The notes beneath the pieces are model-generated. The model did not search any database and was not told where the DNA came from. It saw nothing but the letters and a program-made list of their open reading frames with translations. The position numbers were made by a program, and so were the translations under genes. A stretch of DNA of 64,000 bases from Bacteroidales bacterium (lineage in GTDB: Bacteria > Bacteroidota > Bacteroidia > Bacteroidales > WCHB1-69): NCBI GenBank assembly GCA_017964255.1, contig JAGCSI010000034.1, positions 9,992 to 73,991 of the forward strand. The letters are read 5' to 3'. This document shows positions 17,520 through 27,372 of the stretch, piece by piece. Positions within the stretch are counted from its first letter, which is position 1; each line of letters opens with the position of its first letter.

Positions 17520-18836
17520 ATGCTGATGAAAAACCATATTTTTTCCCGTTTGTTGTTCGCAGTGGCGGTATTGACGCTAACGCTGATGTTTGCCCCTTTC
17601 GACGCTTTTTCGCAATCGAAAAGCGCAAAGTTGAAAAATGACAAGAAGAAAATCGAGACGGAAATCGCCAATACCCAGAAACTGCTGAAGCAGACCGAGA
17701 AAAACAAGAATGCCTCTCTGCAGCAAATCAGTGTCTTGCGTCAGCAGATTTCCAACCGTGAGGCGCTGATTACCACTTTGAATACCGAAATCTTCCAACT
17801 GGAAGAGGAACTGGCCCTCAATGTCAAGCTGTCGCAGGACCTGAGCAAGAAGCTCGAATACATGAAGTCTGATTACTCCCGTGTAGTGTATCTGGCATAT
17901 AAAAACCGCAAACTCATCGACAAGGTGACTTTCCTGCTTTCCGCGGATAATTTCTCGCAGATGTTCCGCAGAATCAAGTATTATTCTGTCTTCGCCAACA
18001 ATGTGAAACGGCAGGTGGAGTTGATTGAGAAAACACAGGAGGAAATCAAGGCGAAGAACGAGGAGATTGTGCAGATGAAAGCGGAAAAACTGGCATTGTT
18101 GGAGGGCAAGGAGGTGGAAATCAAGAAATTGGAAATGGACAGAACGGCCACTACCAAGAAGGCTCAGGAGCTGAAACAGAAAGAGAAACAATTGGCCAGC
18201 ACGCTTCAGGAAAAACAGAAAAAGAGAAAAGAACTGGATGTGGCTATCAAGAAAGCCATCGAAGCGGAAATTGTGGCGGCCAACAAGAAGAAAGCTGAGG
18301 AGGCTGCCAAAGCTGCCAAGGCTAAAGCCAACAAGAATACTACCAACACCTCGTCTTCCAGCAGAAGTGGTAAAACAACCGCCAAGAACGAGATTGTGTT
18401 GACTCCCGATGAGCAGTTGGTGAGCAATTCCTTTGCCAACAACAAGGGCAAGTTGCCATGGCCAGTGGCCAAAGGCGCCAAGGTGGGCGATTTCGGCAGC
18501 TACCCGCATCCCGACGTGCCTTCGGTGATGATTGAAAACCGAGGTATTGATATTTTGGTAGAGCCAAACACCCCTGTCAGGGCCATCTTCCAAGGCGAGG
18601 TGACCGGCATCCTCGATGTGATGGGCACCAAGGTGCTGATGATTCGTCATGGTGAGTATCTTTCTGTTTATCAGAATCTTGCATCGGTAAATGTAAAGAA
18701 GGGAGACAAAGTAACTACCAAACAAAGCATTGGAACAGTAGCCAAATCTTCAACTAACAATACTTACGAACTCCATTTTGAGGTGTGGAAGAACAATGTG
18801 TATCTGAACCCCAACCAATGGCTGTCGGGAAGATAA
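17520..18836 (+). CDS. EnvC-like murein hydrolase activator / peptidase M23 family protein
   Basis: 438 aa. Signal peptide, a long Lys/Glu/Gln coiled-coil region, and a C-terminal LytM/M23 domain. Expected metal-binding His positions look substituted (YQNL, YELHFE), as in non-catalytic EnvC-type activators (judged from memory of the motif). Confidence 0.8.
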   Translation: MLMKNHIFSRLLFAVAVLTLTLMFAPFDAFSQSKSAKLKNDKKKIETEIANTQKLLKQTEKNKNASLQQISVLRQQISNREALITTLNTEIFQLEEELALNVKLSQDLSKKLEYMKSDYSRVVYLAYKNRKLIDKVTFLLSADNFSQMFRRIKYYSVFANNVKRQVELIEKTQEEIKAKNEEIVQMKAEKLALLEGKEVEIKKLEMDRTATTKKAQELKQKEKQLASTLQEKQKKRKELDVAIKKAIEAEIVAANKKKAEEAAKAAKAKANKNTTNTSSSSRSGKTTAKNEIVLTPDEQLVSNSFANNKGKLPWPVAKGAKVGDFGSYPHPDVPSVMIENRGIDILVEPNTPVRAIFQGEVTGILDVMGTKVLMIRHGEYLSVYQNLASVNVKKGDKVTTKQSIGTVAKSSTNNTYELHFEVWKNNVYLNPNQWLSGR

Positions 18837-18922
18837 CTATTTATGGGCTTATAGGTAGCAGGATTTTGTCCTGTGAAAAAAGGCACCAGCATCGAATTGC
18901 ATCTATTCAAACCTAAATAATC

Positions 18923-19552
18923 ATGGATTACCAAATCAAGAATGTAAAATTCCTTAAGTCCGAGGTAGATTATAAAAAATGCCCAGCGGACCGTTTACCT
19001 GAAGTTGCCTTCATTGGCCGTTCCAATGTGGGTAAATCTTCATTAATCAACATGTTAGCAAATCATAAGGATTTGGCAAAGACCTCATCAAAACCTGGAA
19101 AAACCCAAACCATCAACCATTATGAGGTGGATAAGCGATGGTACCTTGTGGATCTGCCAGGCTATGGTTATGCTTCCATTTCCAAGTCAATGCGCGAGAA
19201 ATGGGAGAAGATGATAGACAATTATCTCAGATACCGTAAAAACCTCCAGTCGGTGTTCGTATTGGTGGATATCCGTCTGGAACCGCAGGAATTGGATATC
19301 AATTTTATCAATAAATTGGGAGAGATGGGCATGCCGTTCTCCTTGGTATTTACCAAGGCGGATAAAATTGGGAAAAACAAGGGCGCTGTCAGTGTGCGTA
19401 ATTTCTGCCGTAAGCTGATGGAAACCTGGGAAGATTTGCCACCGTTCTTTGTCTGTTCATCTGTAGATGGTCGTGGCAAACAGGAACTGTTGGACTATAT
19501 TGACCAGATTAACGAATATTATTACAACCAGAAAAAACAGGAGAAAGAATGA
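18923..19552 (+). CDS. engB: ribosome biogenesis GTP-binding protein YihA/YsxC (EngB)
   Basis: 209 aa. G1 GRSNVGKSSLIN and G3 DLPGYG. Confidence 0.9.
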   Translation: MDYQIKNVKFLKSEVDYKKCPADRLPEVAFIGRSNVGKSSLINMLANHKDLAKTSSKPGKTQTINHYEVDKRWYLVDLPGYGYASISKSMREKWEKMIDNYLRYRKNLQSVFVLVDIRLEPQELDINFINKLGEMGMPFSLVFTKADKIGKNKGAVSVRNFCRKLMETWEDLPPFFVCSSVDGRGKQELLDYIDQINEYYYNQKKQEKE

Positions 19553-19995
19553 AAAGGACAGCTGTTATTTTTTCAATTGTTATTGTGGTCTTGCTTGTGT
19601 TGTCAGTAACAGCATGTATGACCGCCAAAAAGAAGGCCGAAATGGCACAGAACAAACCCTTGGTGGATACCTATTGGGTGTTGAAGTCGGTGAAGGGAGA
19701 GGATATACCCAAAAATATCATCACACCTTTCATCGTTTTTCATTCAGACGGGACTTATAACGGCAATTTGGGCTGCAATAAATTTTTCGGCAATTATAGA
19801 TGCGGCAAGAGCAAGATGAAGATGGAATATGAGGGGGCTACCAAGCGCTTGTGTGAGACTATGAAAGTGGAGAAGCTTTTCATGTTGCATCTCCACAGCG
19901 ATTTCAAACAATATGAAATTATCAAGGATACACTTATCCTGAAGGATAAAGAGGGCGAGGTGTTGCGCTTCTTCGCTGGCGTGAGACCGGAATAG
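19549..19995 (+). CDS. META (HslJ-like) domain lipoprotein
   Basis: 148 aa. Lipoprotein-type signal (LSVTAC) and the W-x-L pattern DTYWVLKSVKG typical of META domains. ATGA overlap with engB. Confidence 0.65.
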   Translation: MKRTAVIFSIVIVVLLVLSVTACMTAKKKAEMAQNKPLVDTYWVLKSVKGEDIPKNIITPFIVFHSDGTYNGNLGCNKFFGNYRCGKSKMKMEYEGATKRLCETMKVEKLFMLHLHSDFKQYEIIKDTLILKDKEGEVLRFFAGVRPE

Positions 19996-20000
19996 TTTAC

Positions 20001-20057
20001 AGGTGCCAGTGGTCAGTGGACAGAAAAATCTGTAACCTGCAACCTGTAACCTAATCC
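20001..20057. repeat. heptamer tracts (CAGTGGT-like and CTGTAAC-like) between convergent stops
   Basis: ccagtgg tcagtgg acag, then ctgtaac ctgcaac ctgtaac ctaatcc. The tract ends at the nadB stop (20058-20060). Confidence 0.75.
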
Positions 20058-21653
20058 CTATAAAAGGTCATGCGTACTCTGCGACTCGTCGCGATGCCCT
20101 TGGTAATCCAATGAATAGTGCAAACCTCGGCTTTCATGGCGATTCATGGCATGCTTGATAATCAAGTAGCCGATATTGATCATATTACGCAATTCGCAGA
20201 TTTCAGGAATCAAAATGGATTTCTTATAGAGGTCTTCGGTTTCCCTATACAAAATTTCCAGACGGTCGAAGGCGCGTTGCAAACGGACGTTGGAGCGGAC
20301 AATACCCACATAATTACACATGATGGTCTGCAACTCCTTGCGAGATTGCGTAATCAATACCATTTCTTCGTTGAGAACTGTGCCTTCGGTGTTCCATTCC
20401 GGCACATCATCGCAGAAGTCAATATCTTTGAAACGCTCCACGGCTTTGAGGCAGGCACGGTGAGAGAAAACCAAAGCTTCAAGCAAAGAGTTTGAAGCCA
20501 GTCGGTTAGCACCATGTAAACCTGTGGAGGCACATTCACCGGAACTGAACAGGTTGATAATGGAGCTCTCGCCCCATTCGTCCACCTTGATACCGCCGCA
20601 TGAGTAGTGGGCAGCAGGTACCACGGGAATCATGTCCTTGGTGATATCCACGCCAATACTTAAGCATTTGGCATAGATATTGGGGAAGTGGTTGAAAATC
20701 TCGGTTTTGCTGATGTGGGTGGCATCAAGATACACGTGGTCGCAGCCTTTTTGTTTCATCTCATTGTCGATGGCACGGGCCACAATGTCACGGGGTGCCA
20801 AGGAACCTCGTTTGTCGTATTTGCTCATGAACTCCACCCCGTTCTCATCTTTCAGGATAGCTCCGGCACCACGCAAAGCCTCGGTAATCAGGAAAGAAGG
20901 CGATTCTTTGGGATTGTAGAGTGAGGTGGGGTGGAACTGCACGAATTCCATACCGTTGACCGCCCCCTTTGCACGATAGACCATGGCAATGCCGTCGCCG
21001 GTGGCAATGGTGGGATTGGTGGTGTTGCCATACACCGTGCCGATGCCACCGGTGCACATCATGGTGATGCGCGACAAGATGGTTTCTACCTTGTTGGTGT
21101 TGGGGTTATAAACATAAGCCCCGTAGCAGGTGATGTCGGGGGTACGGCGGCTCACCTCGATACCCAGGTGGTGCTGGGTGATAATCTCGATGGCCAGATG
21201 ATTTTCAAGTATTTCAATATTAGGATGCTGCTTGGCAGCGATAATCAGTTTCTCCTCGATTTCCAAACCAGTGATGTCCTTGTGGTGCAACACGCGGAAC
21301 TCGGAGTGACCACCTTCTTTGGCCAGGGCGAACTTGCCACTTTTGGTCTTGTCGAAGTCCACGCCCCATTCCACCAGTTCCATCACACGGGCAGTCGATT
21401 CGCGGATGGTGAGTTCCACAATGTGTCGGTCCGACAGTTCGTCACCGGCAATCATGGTGTCCTGGATGTGTTTCTCGTAGGTGTCGGGCTGGTACACCAC
21501 GGCGGCGATACCACCCTGTGCATACTTGGTAGAGGTGTCGTCAACCTTGGCTTTGGTAACCATGCATACTTTGCCGTAGTTGGCGGCTTTCAAGGCGAAG
21601 CACAGGCCGGCGACGCCTGATCCGATAACCAGAAAATCAACTTTTTTTCTCAT
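20058..21653 (-). CDS. nadB: L-aspartate oxidase
   Basis: 531 aa. FAD-binding VIGSGVAGL N-terminus and succinate dehydrogenase/fumarate reductase-like flavoprotein architecture of NadB length. Confidence 0.9.
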   Translation of the reverse strand: MRKKVDFLVIGSGVAGLCFALKAANYGKVCMVTKAKVDDTSTKYAQGGIAAVVYQPDTYEKHIQDTMIAGDELSDRHIVELTIRESTARVMELVEWGVDFDKTKSGKFALAKEGGHSEFRVLHHKDITGLEIEEKLIIAAKQHPNIEILENHLAIEIITQHHLGIEVSRRTPDITCYGAYVYNPNTNKVETILSRITMMCTGGIGTVYGNTTNPTIATGDGIAMVYRAKGAVNGMEFVQFHPTSLYNPKESPSFLITEALRGAGAILKDENGVEFMSKYDKRGSLAPRDIVARAIDNEMKQKGCDHVYLDATHISKTEIFNHFPNIYAKCLSIGVDITKDMIPVVPAAHYSCGGIKVDEWGESSIINLFSSGECASTGLHGANRLASNSLLEALVFSHRACLKAVERFKDIDFCDDVPEWNTEGTVLNEEMVLITQSRKELQTIMCNYVGIVRSNVRLQRAFDRLEILYRETEDLYKKSILIPEICELRNMINIGYLIIKHAMNRHESRGLHYSLDYQGHRDESQSTHDLL

Positions 21654-21678
21654 AGTGGCAATAGGTATTTTAATCTTG

Positions 21679-21686
21679 CAAAAATA
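21679..21686 (-). promoter_or_regulatory. Bacteroidota -7 box (TAttTTTG on minus strand) for nadB
   Basis: caaaaata lies 26 nt upstream of the ATG at 21653. Confidence 0.5.
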
Positions 21687-21710
21687 AGAAAAAACAAGAT
21701 ATGCGCAACC

Positions 21711-22862
21711 TTAATGCATGATTCCCTTTCGCAGCGTGAAAACGACAATCTCAGGTTGTGCGCCCAAACGGAATGGAATGGTTCCACCAACGCCTTCGCT
21801 GACAAAAAGATGTTGCTCACCTTCAGTGTATAGTCCGCTCCATTCGGTGTAAAGCCACTGCACGGGTGACCACCGGCCGATTTTGACTTGCGCGGCATGG
21901 GTGTGGCCTGACAGAGTGAGAGGAATATGGGTGTCGGGCAGTACTTCCATACGCCAGTGGGAGGGGTCGTGCGAAAGCAAAATCGTGAAAACACTGTCCG
22001 GTATCCCTGCCATGGCGGCTTTGAGGTCACCGATTTCAGGGAAGGGCGGCTTGCCGGTATTCTCCACCCCGACAATGGCAATTTGTGCTCCGTTGTGTTG
22101 AATCATCCGATGCTCGTTGAGCAGCAAATTCCAACCCATTTGCTTTTCGTTTTGAACCAGTTGCTTCGCTCCGTCTCGCGGGTCTGCGGGACGTTCCTTC
22201 ATGCCGTATAGGCAATAGTCGTGATTGCCGAGGACCGATATAACCCCGTCATGAGCCTGCAATTGCGACAGTATTGTCTCAAAGGGTTTGAGTTCATCCG
22301 CTGAGGTATTGACAAGGTCTCCCGTGAAAACAATCAGGTCGGCTTGCTGTTCGTTCACACGCTGGACTAATTTTTCCAGGAAAGCGGTCTGTTGGCCATG
22401 GGTGCCAATGTGAAGGTCGGAGAGCTGCACGATTTTGTATCCGTCAAATGCAGCGGGAAGAGAGGGAAAACTCAATTCCACTTGTTTGACAGTCAGGTGT
22501 TTCCAGCCGAATATCACCCCATAAAGCATGGTCAATGCCAAAACAGAGGCCAAGCAGAGTCCTGTTACGTTGCCGATGTTGGCAGCAGGATGCCAAACCA
22601 AACCGATAAGCTTGCCTAATATGGAAAATATGGCGAAAAGCAATTGGGGTAGGGCGATGCAGAGCAGTAGACCAATAAACAATTGCATCTTCACGGCTCC
22701 TAATCCGCTGAATCTGACGGAGAGCAGTATCACAAACGCCACAATGGAGGGGGTCCATAAAAGCAGATGCGCCCACCATGACGCTCCTCGCATCAAGGCA
22801 AGGGAGATATACAAATCAGGCAAAATAAAAAGCAGGGCGATAATGAGGAGAGCGATAATCAT
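21711..22862 (-). CDS. membrane-anchored metallophosphoesterase
   Basis: 383 aa from MIIALLIIALLF. N-terminal TM helices, then DLHIG, GDLVN, GNHDY and SGHTH motifs. A -7 box caaaagta (22889-22896) supports this start over the 455-aa ORF-track version. Confidence 0.8.
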   Translation of the reverse strand: MIIALLIIALLFILPDLYISLALMRGASWWAHLLLWTPSIVAFVILLSVRFSGLGAVKMQLFIGLLLCIALPQLLFAIFSILGKLIGLVWHPAANIGNVTGLCLASVLALTMLYGVIFGWKHLTVKQVELSFPSLPAAFDGYKIVQLSDLHIGTHGQQTAFLEKLVQRVNEQQADLIVFTGDLVNTSADELKPFETILSQLQAHDGVISVLGNHDYCLYGMKERPADPRDGAKQLVQNEKQMGWNLLLNEHRMIQHNGAQIAIVGVENTGKPPFPEIGDLKAAMAGIPDSVFTILLSHDPSHWRMEVLPDTHIPLTLSGHTHAAQVKIGRWSPVQWLYTEWSGLYTEGEQHLFVSEGVGGTIPFRLGAQPEIVVFTLRKGIMH

Positions 22863-23055
22863 AAGGGGTACATTATGGTTTGAGCCTGCAAAAGTATAAA
22901 ATATTTTTATTCGAAGAGATGGGGTGTGCCCCGTCTCCGCCAAGAAAAACAAATTGATCATATTGAATTTCATGAATTCTGTGTACATTTGCAATCTATT
23001 ACCCTCTGAAGGGTGATTATTCGTATTATTCTGATTATCAATAAAATAATATATC

Positions 23056-24072
23056 ATGAGAAGTTTTGGCAGTGACAATAATTCGGGAGTGCATCCGCAG
23101 ATTATGGAGGCTTTGATGAAAGCGAACGATAACCATGCTTTAGCTTATGGTGATGACCCATGGACCGCTCAGGCGGTAAAAGACCTCAAAGCTTGTTTTG
23201 GCGAAATTGCTGAACCTTATTTTGTGTTCAACGGTACGGGAGCCAATGTGACAGCTATCAGGGCTTGTTGTCAGCCTTTTCATGCGGTGATAGCAGCGCG
23301 TACAGCACATATTGCGGTGGATGAGTGCGGTGCTCCGGGTTTCTTGAGCGGTGCGGCCGTGAAGGAGGTGGATACTCCTGATGGCAAACTTACTCCTGAG
23401 TTGATAAAGCCACTGTTACATGGTTTCGGTTTTGAGCATCACTCCCAACCTAAAATGGTTTATATTTCGCAGTGCAGTGAGTTGGGTACGGTTTATACCT
23501 TGACGGAAATCAAGAATCTGGCAGACTTTGTACATCAATATAATATGTATCTGCTGATGGATGGCGCCCGCATTGCCAACGCTTGTGTGGCTTTGGGCAA
23601 AACGGTTAAAGAGGTGACGGTGGATTGTGGTGTCGACATTCTGAGCTTTGGAGGTACCAAAAACGGCTGTATGATGGCTGAGTCGGTCATTGCTTTCCGT
23701 CCTGAATTGGCGGAGAATATCAAATATCTGCGCAAGCAGTCCACCCAGTTGTACTCTAAGATGCGCTATGTGTCGGCACAGTTTTCCGCTTATCTGCAGG
23801 GCGACTTGCTGTATAAAAACGCTGCGCATGCCAACAAAATGGCCCAAAAGTTGCATCAGGAACTATTGAATCTGGGCTTTGAGTTTACCCAGTCGCCCGA
23901 TGCCAATATTCTGCTCCTGAAAATGGAACCAGATATGGTTGACAAGCTATTGCAGAAGCATTTCTTTTACGTTTGGGACGAAAACACCCACGAAATCCGC
24001 CTAGTCACCTCCTGGGACACCACCGAAGAGGATGTCATGTCATTTGTACAGGACGTGAAGGTACTGATATAG
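23056..24072 (+). CDS. ltaE: low-specificity threonine aldolase / beta-eliminating lyase family protein
   Basis: 338 aa. N-terminus FGSDNNSGVHPQIMEAL and a PLP-lysine block FGGTKNG. A -7 box tacatttg lies at 22984-22991. Confidence 0.8.
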   Translation: MRSFGSDNNSGVHPQIMEALMKANDNHALAYGDDPWTAQAVKDLKACFGEIAEPYFVFNGTGANVTAIRACCQPFHAVIAARTAHIAVDECGAPGFLSGAAVKEVDTPDGKLTPELIKPLLHGFGFEHHSQPKMVYISQCSELGTVYTLTEIKNLADFVHQYNMYLLMDGARIANACVALGKTVKEVTVDCGVDILSFGGTKNGCMMAESVIAFRPELAENIKYLRKQSTQLYSKMRYVSAQFSAYLQGDLLYKNAAHANKMAQKLHQELLNLGFEFTQSPDANILLLKMEPDMVDKLLQKHFFYVWDENTHEIRLVTSWDTTEEDVMSFVQDVKVLI

Positions 24073-24075
24073 CTG

Positions 24076-27000
24076 TTAGAAATCCAATCCTATTGAGAAG
24101 TTAAACATACCCTTGGGGTTGTATATTTTGTAGTCCTCTACGCCCCAGGCGTAGTCGAAGCGCAGGAAATAGCCGAAAACACTAACTCGCAGGCCTAGGC
24201 CAAAGCCACCGACAAAGGGTTCCACCTGCCGTGTGATTTTGGCGGTGATGGGGCCGTTGATGACATAGCGGGTGTATAAACAGTTGTCTTCCGAATAAGG
24301 CGTGAGCCCCGTCCAGGCAGTGCCGAAGTCGCCGAACAAAAGCAACTGCATGGAGTTGAAGAAGTTGAAGCGTACTTTGTGCCCCACGATGAGCTGGATG
24401 AACGGAATGCGCAACTCCGTGTTCAGCACAATAAAAGAGGTACCGTTGCGGATGTTCTGCTCGAAACCATGCATGTTGGTGGCCAAGGTTTGATAGGCAT
24501 AGTCCTTGCTGACATCCACCCAGATGTCGCTGTTGAATTTGGCCCCAATCCAGTTGTCCACACCTCCCATGTAATACACTAAACGTGATTGCCCGAAATT
24601 GGTACTGGCCGCCAGTCGTGTGGCCCAGGTCATGTTCTTATAGACCTTTACCGATTTGCGGATGTCAAAACCGATGACAAACAGGTTTTTAGTCTCTTTC
24701 TCCACTCGCTGCTGGTACTCCGCGAACAGCTTGATTTTGCTGCCTTTCCACAGATTTGTATACAATTCTTTGGAGGAGTCAAAAATGTATTCTATTTTGG
24801 CACCTGCCCATACATGCCATTCGTTGGCTGCTTTGAGAGCGGCGTCGTTTGTGCTGCCTAAAATGTTGGTTTCCAGTCTTCCTGTAAGGGTCAAACGCAG
24901 GCTGTTGAATTTGTCGAAGGGCAATTTGATGATGTAAAACAAACTGTTGGCCCGCTGCTTGTACATGTAGTAGCTGTTGTAGGAGTTGATGGATTGACGG
25001 TAAAATACAATTTGGTGATCTACTCTCCGCGAGAGGTTTTCGTAGCTGATCATGAATTCATTGCTCTGCATGTCCAAACCGAGCCTGAAACCACCCGTGA
25101 TACGATGGTTCTCGAACAGGTCGTGGATGCCTACCATAAACAGGGCGTTGATTCCGGTGTTAAGGTAAATGGGACTGGTACTGCTGGTGAATTGCTGGTA
25201 AGTGGTGTTCAGAAAACCATAATCGGCTTGTGTAACCAGTTTGTTTACAGTATATTGTGTGTAATAGTTTTTGGAAATTGGGTGTACATATTCAAAACCT
25301 TTGGTGAGCACATCCTCTTGGATGCCTTTTTTAGAGCCGGTGTTGCTCAAACTATCTTCCACTATCACAGGCTTTTTGACCAAATCACTTTTTCTGAATT
25401 GGTAAAAACCGTGTTTTGTCGCGCTCTCTTTTTTCTTTTCCGGCTTGACGTTGGCCAGACTGTCCTTGATTTGCTGCTCTTTTAGTATTTGCGCCTTGAT
25501 GCTGGAAGCGCTCAACTCCTGTTGGTGCAAGGGAGATGCCAATGGGGTGATATAGATTCTTTTGACTTTGTCATATAGGATGATGCTTCCGCTTTGTACG
25601 GATGCGGGATTATAACTTTGTTCAAAAATGCTGTAATAATTGTCGCTGAGGTGTGACAGACGGGCGAAATAGCCGTAATGGATGATGGTGTCAATCTTGC
25701 TGATACTGCTGTCCAATCGGGTCAGTTGCTGATTATAAATACCGTTTTCATCGCTCAAAAACAATATTTCCCGTGGACTTACTGCCTGTGCCTGAATATT
25801 GTTCACGTGGTTGGAATGGGTGATTTGCAGGAGTTTTTCATCCTTTTGTACGTAGCGATACAAAAACAGATTATAGCCATCAACCGGTTTGGCTTGGTAG
25901 AAGGGATCCTTGATTTTGATGGAATCTACTGGCCGGTTGGAGGAGAAGACGATTTGTTTTTTATCCAGAAAAACAGGGAAGCAATCGTCGTAAAAGTCAT
26001 TGGTGATGTTTTGATAGGATTTGGCCAACAAACTGAAAATGAATATATCAGACTGTCCATTTTTGAATCCGGAGAAGAGCAGGAACTTGCCATCGGGGTC
26101 AAAAGAGAAGTCGGTGATTTTTTCCACGTCCACTAAAATACGTTTTCCTACTTTGTTTTTTTCCGTATCAAAAGGATAATAATAACAACGGCCTTTATCC
26201 TCCATGGTGAAGGCGAGAACACTTCCACTGGGGTGCCAGCATAGCGAGGGATAGCTGAGGTCCGGATTGTCTTCTGTTTTTTTATACTTTCGGTAGATGA
26301 CGACAGGTTTTTTCTTTTCAGGAGTTTTTAACCAGATTTTTACCTGTCCCGCTTCATTGGTGGCGTATGCGTAACTTTCCCCATCCGGTGAAAAACAGAA
26401 TTGGTTGTAGTCTCGCAGTTTGTGCGGGCGTTTCAAAATACCGTTTCCGTCGGGCATGGTCCTCTCACGGTCTTTGGCGTATAGAATGTAGTAATAGCGG
26501 AACCAGTTGGCTAACAGTTGCCGGTACTCCAAACCGGTGACAAGGTAAAATCCTCTTTCATAGCTGCCAGAAGAGCGGGTGACATGAAGAATATTGGGAA
26601 TGGCTTTCTCACCATACTCATCCACAATGAACTTCCAGAAGGAATGTCCGGCGTAGGTGGCATCTACGGGTGATAGCTCGTCAAAATCGGCATAACGTTG
26701 GGTCAGGATGCCGTCTTTGACGTGGGCATCGATGTCGCTGTCCCAGTTGCGTCCGATATATGACGACAGACCGTTATAGTACCAGCTGGGCATGGAACCT
26801 GTATAGCTTGATTTCATGTTGGAAGCTGTGGTGCTTCCTTCCACCAGCAGGTGAGCGTAGATATTCATGATGCCTGCCTTCAGCATCTTGTCGAAGTGGG
26901 CATGGCTGCCGTCGAAATACAGATAGACTTTGGTGCCGTAGATGTTGGTGATACCACCTTGGTTGTAAAAATCCTCGTCATCGCAAGCGAAATTAGATTC

Positions 27001-27306
27001 CCGGAAATCCGCCTGAGTATTATAGACGATGAATTGGATTTTCTTTTCCGAGGTGAAATTGAGCATTTTTTCAATCTCACTGATAAACTGTGGTGCCTTA
27101 TATAGCGTGTATTCAGCCAGATTTTTACCAGTGGGGTAGAAGTATACGTCGAATTGTGTGTCCCGGAAGTATTCCCAATTGAATTTCTGGTGCTGTACCC
27201 GGTTCTTTCCGAAACTCAGCTGTGAACCATTGTAAAACTGGGCATACAAAGGCACTGCCGCTATCAAAAGCAGGAATAAAACCATGATTTGCCCGAGTTT
27301 TTTCAT
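24076..27306 (-). CDS. large outer-membrane protein: N-terminal globular region + TolB/PD40-like beta-propeller repeats + C-terminal Omp85/surface-antigen-like beta-barrel
   Basis: 1076 aa with a signal peptide (AAVPLYAQ). PD40-like repeats (PDGESYAY, HPSGSVLAF, DPDGKFLLFSG..SDIFIF). Alternating-hydrophobic C-terminal third ending FNFSIGLDF, an aromatic terminal residue typical of OMPs. Confidence 0.6.
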   Translation of the reverse strand: MKKLGQIMVLFLLLIAAVPLYAQFYNGSQLSFGKNRVQHQKFNWEYFRDTQFDVYFYPTGKNLAEYTLYKAPQFISEIEKMLNFTSEKKIQFIVYNTQADFRESNFACDDEDFYNQGGITNIYGTKVYLYFDGSHAHFDKMLKAGIMNIYAHLLVEGSTTASNMKSSYTGSMPSWYYNGLSSYIGRNWDSDIDAHVKDGILTQRYADFDELSPVDATYAGHSFWKFIVDEYGEKAIPNILHVTRSSGSYERGFYLVTGLEYRQLLANWFRYYYILYAKDRERTMPDGNGILKRPHKLRDYNQFCFSPDGESYAYATNEAGQVKIWLKTPEKKKPVVIYRKYKKTEDNPDLSYPSLCWHPSGSVLAFTMEDKGRCYYYPFDTEKNKVGKRILVDVEKITDFSFDPDGKFLLFSGFKNGQSDIFIFSLLAKSYQNITNDFYDDCFPVFLDKKQIVFSSNRPVDSIKIKDPFYQAKPVDGYNLFLYRYVQKDEKLLQITHSNHVNNIQAQAVSPREILFLSDENGIYNQQLTRLDSSISKIDTIIHYGYFARLSHLSDNYYSIFEQSYNPASVQSGSIILYDKVKRIYITPLASPLHQQELSASSIKAQILKEQQIKDSLANVKPEKKKESATKHGFYQFRKSDLVKKPVIVEDSLSNTGSKKGIQEDVLTKGFEYVHPISKNYYTQYTVNKLVTQADYGFLNTTYQQFTSSTSPIYLNTGINALFMVGIHDLFENHRITGGFRLGLDMQSNEFMISYENLSRRVDHQIVFYRQSINSYNSYYMYKQRANSLFYIIKLPFDKFNSLRLTLTGRLETNILGSTNDAALKAANEWHVWAGAKIEYIFDSSKELYTNLWKGSKIKLFAEYQQRVEKETKNLFVIGFDIRKSVKVYKNMTWATRLAASTNFGQSRLVYYMGGVDNWIGAKFNSDIWVDVSKDYAYQTLATNMHGFEQNIRNGTSFIVLNTELRIPFIQLIVGHKVRFNFFNSMQLLLFGDFGTAWTGLTPYSEDNCLYTRYVINGPITAKITRQVEPFVGGFGLGLRVSVFGYFLRFDYAWGVEDYKIYNPKGMFNFSIGLDF

Positions 27307-27324
27307 CGCGTCAGTTTAAGCGTG

Positions 27325-27352
27325 CAAAGCTACAAAAATTTTTGTATTTTTG
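27325..27352. promoter_or_regulatory. back-to-back divergent -7 boxes forming a 28-bp near-palindrome
   Basis: caaagcta (minus-strand TAgcTTTG, 19 nt from the ATG at 27306) and tatttttg (plus strand, 21 nt from the ATG at 27373) are joined by caaaaatttttg. Confidence 0.55.
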
Positions 27353-27372
27353 CCCTTCATTTTGTTATTATC

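Noticed and set aside
17577-18725. 382-aa ORF on the minus strand
   Set aside because: It is antisense to the EnvC-like gene. The Leu/Phe/Gln-rich repeats mirror the sense-strand coiled coil. It has no independent promoter box or motifs.
21711-23078. 455-aa version of the metallophosphoesterase ORF
   Set aside because: The first 72 codons run across the divergent promoter region and overlap the ltaE start. A -7 box at 22889-22896 and the typical MIIALLIIALLF membrane start support the ATG at 22862.
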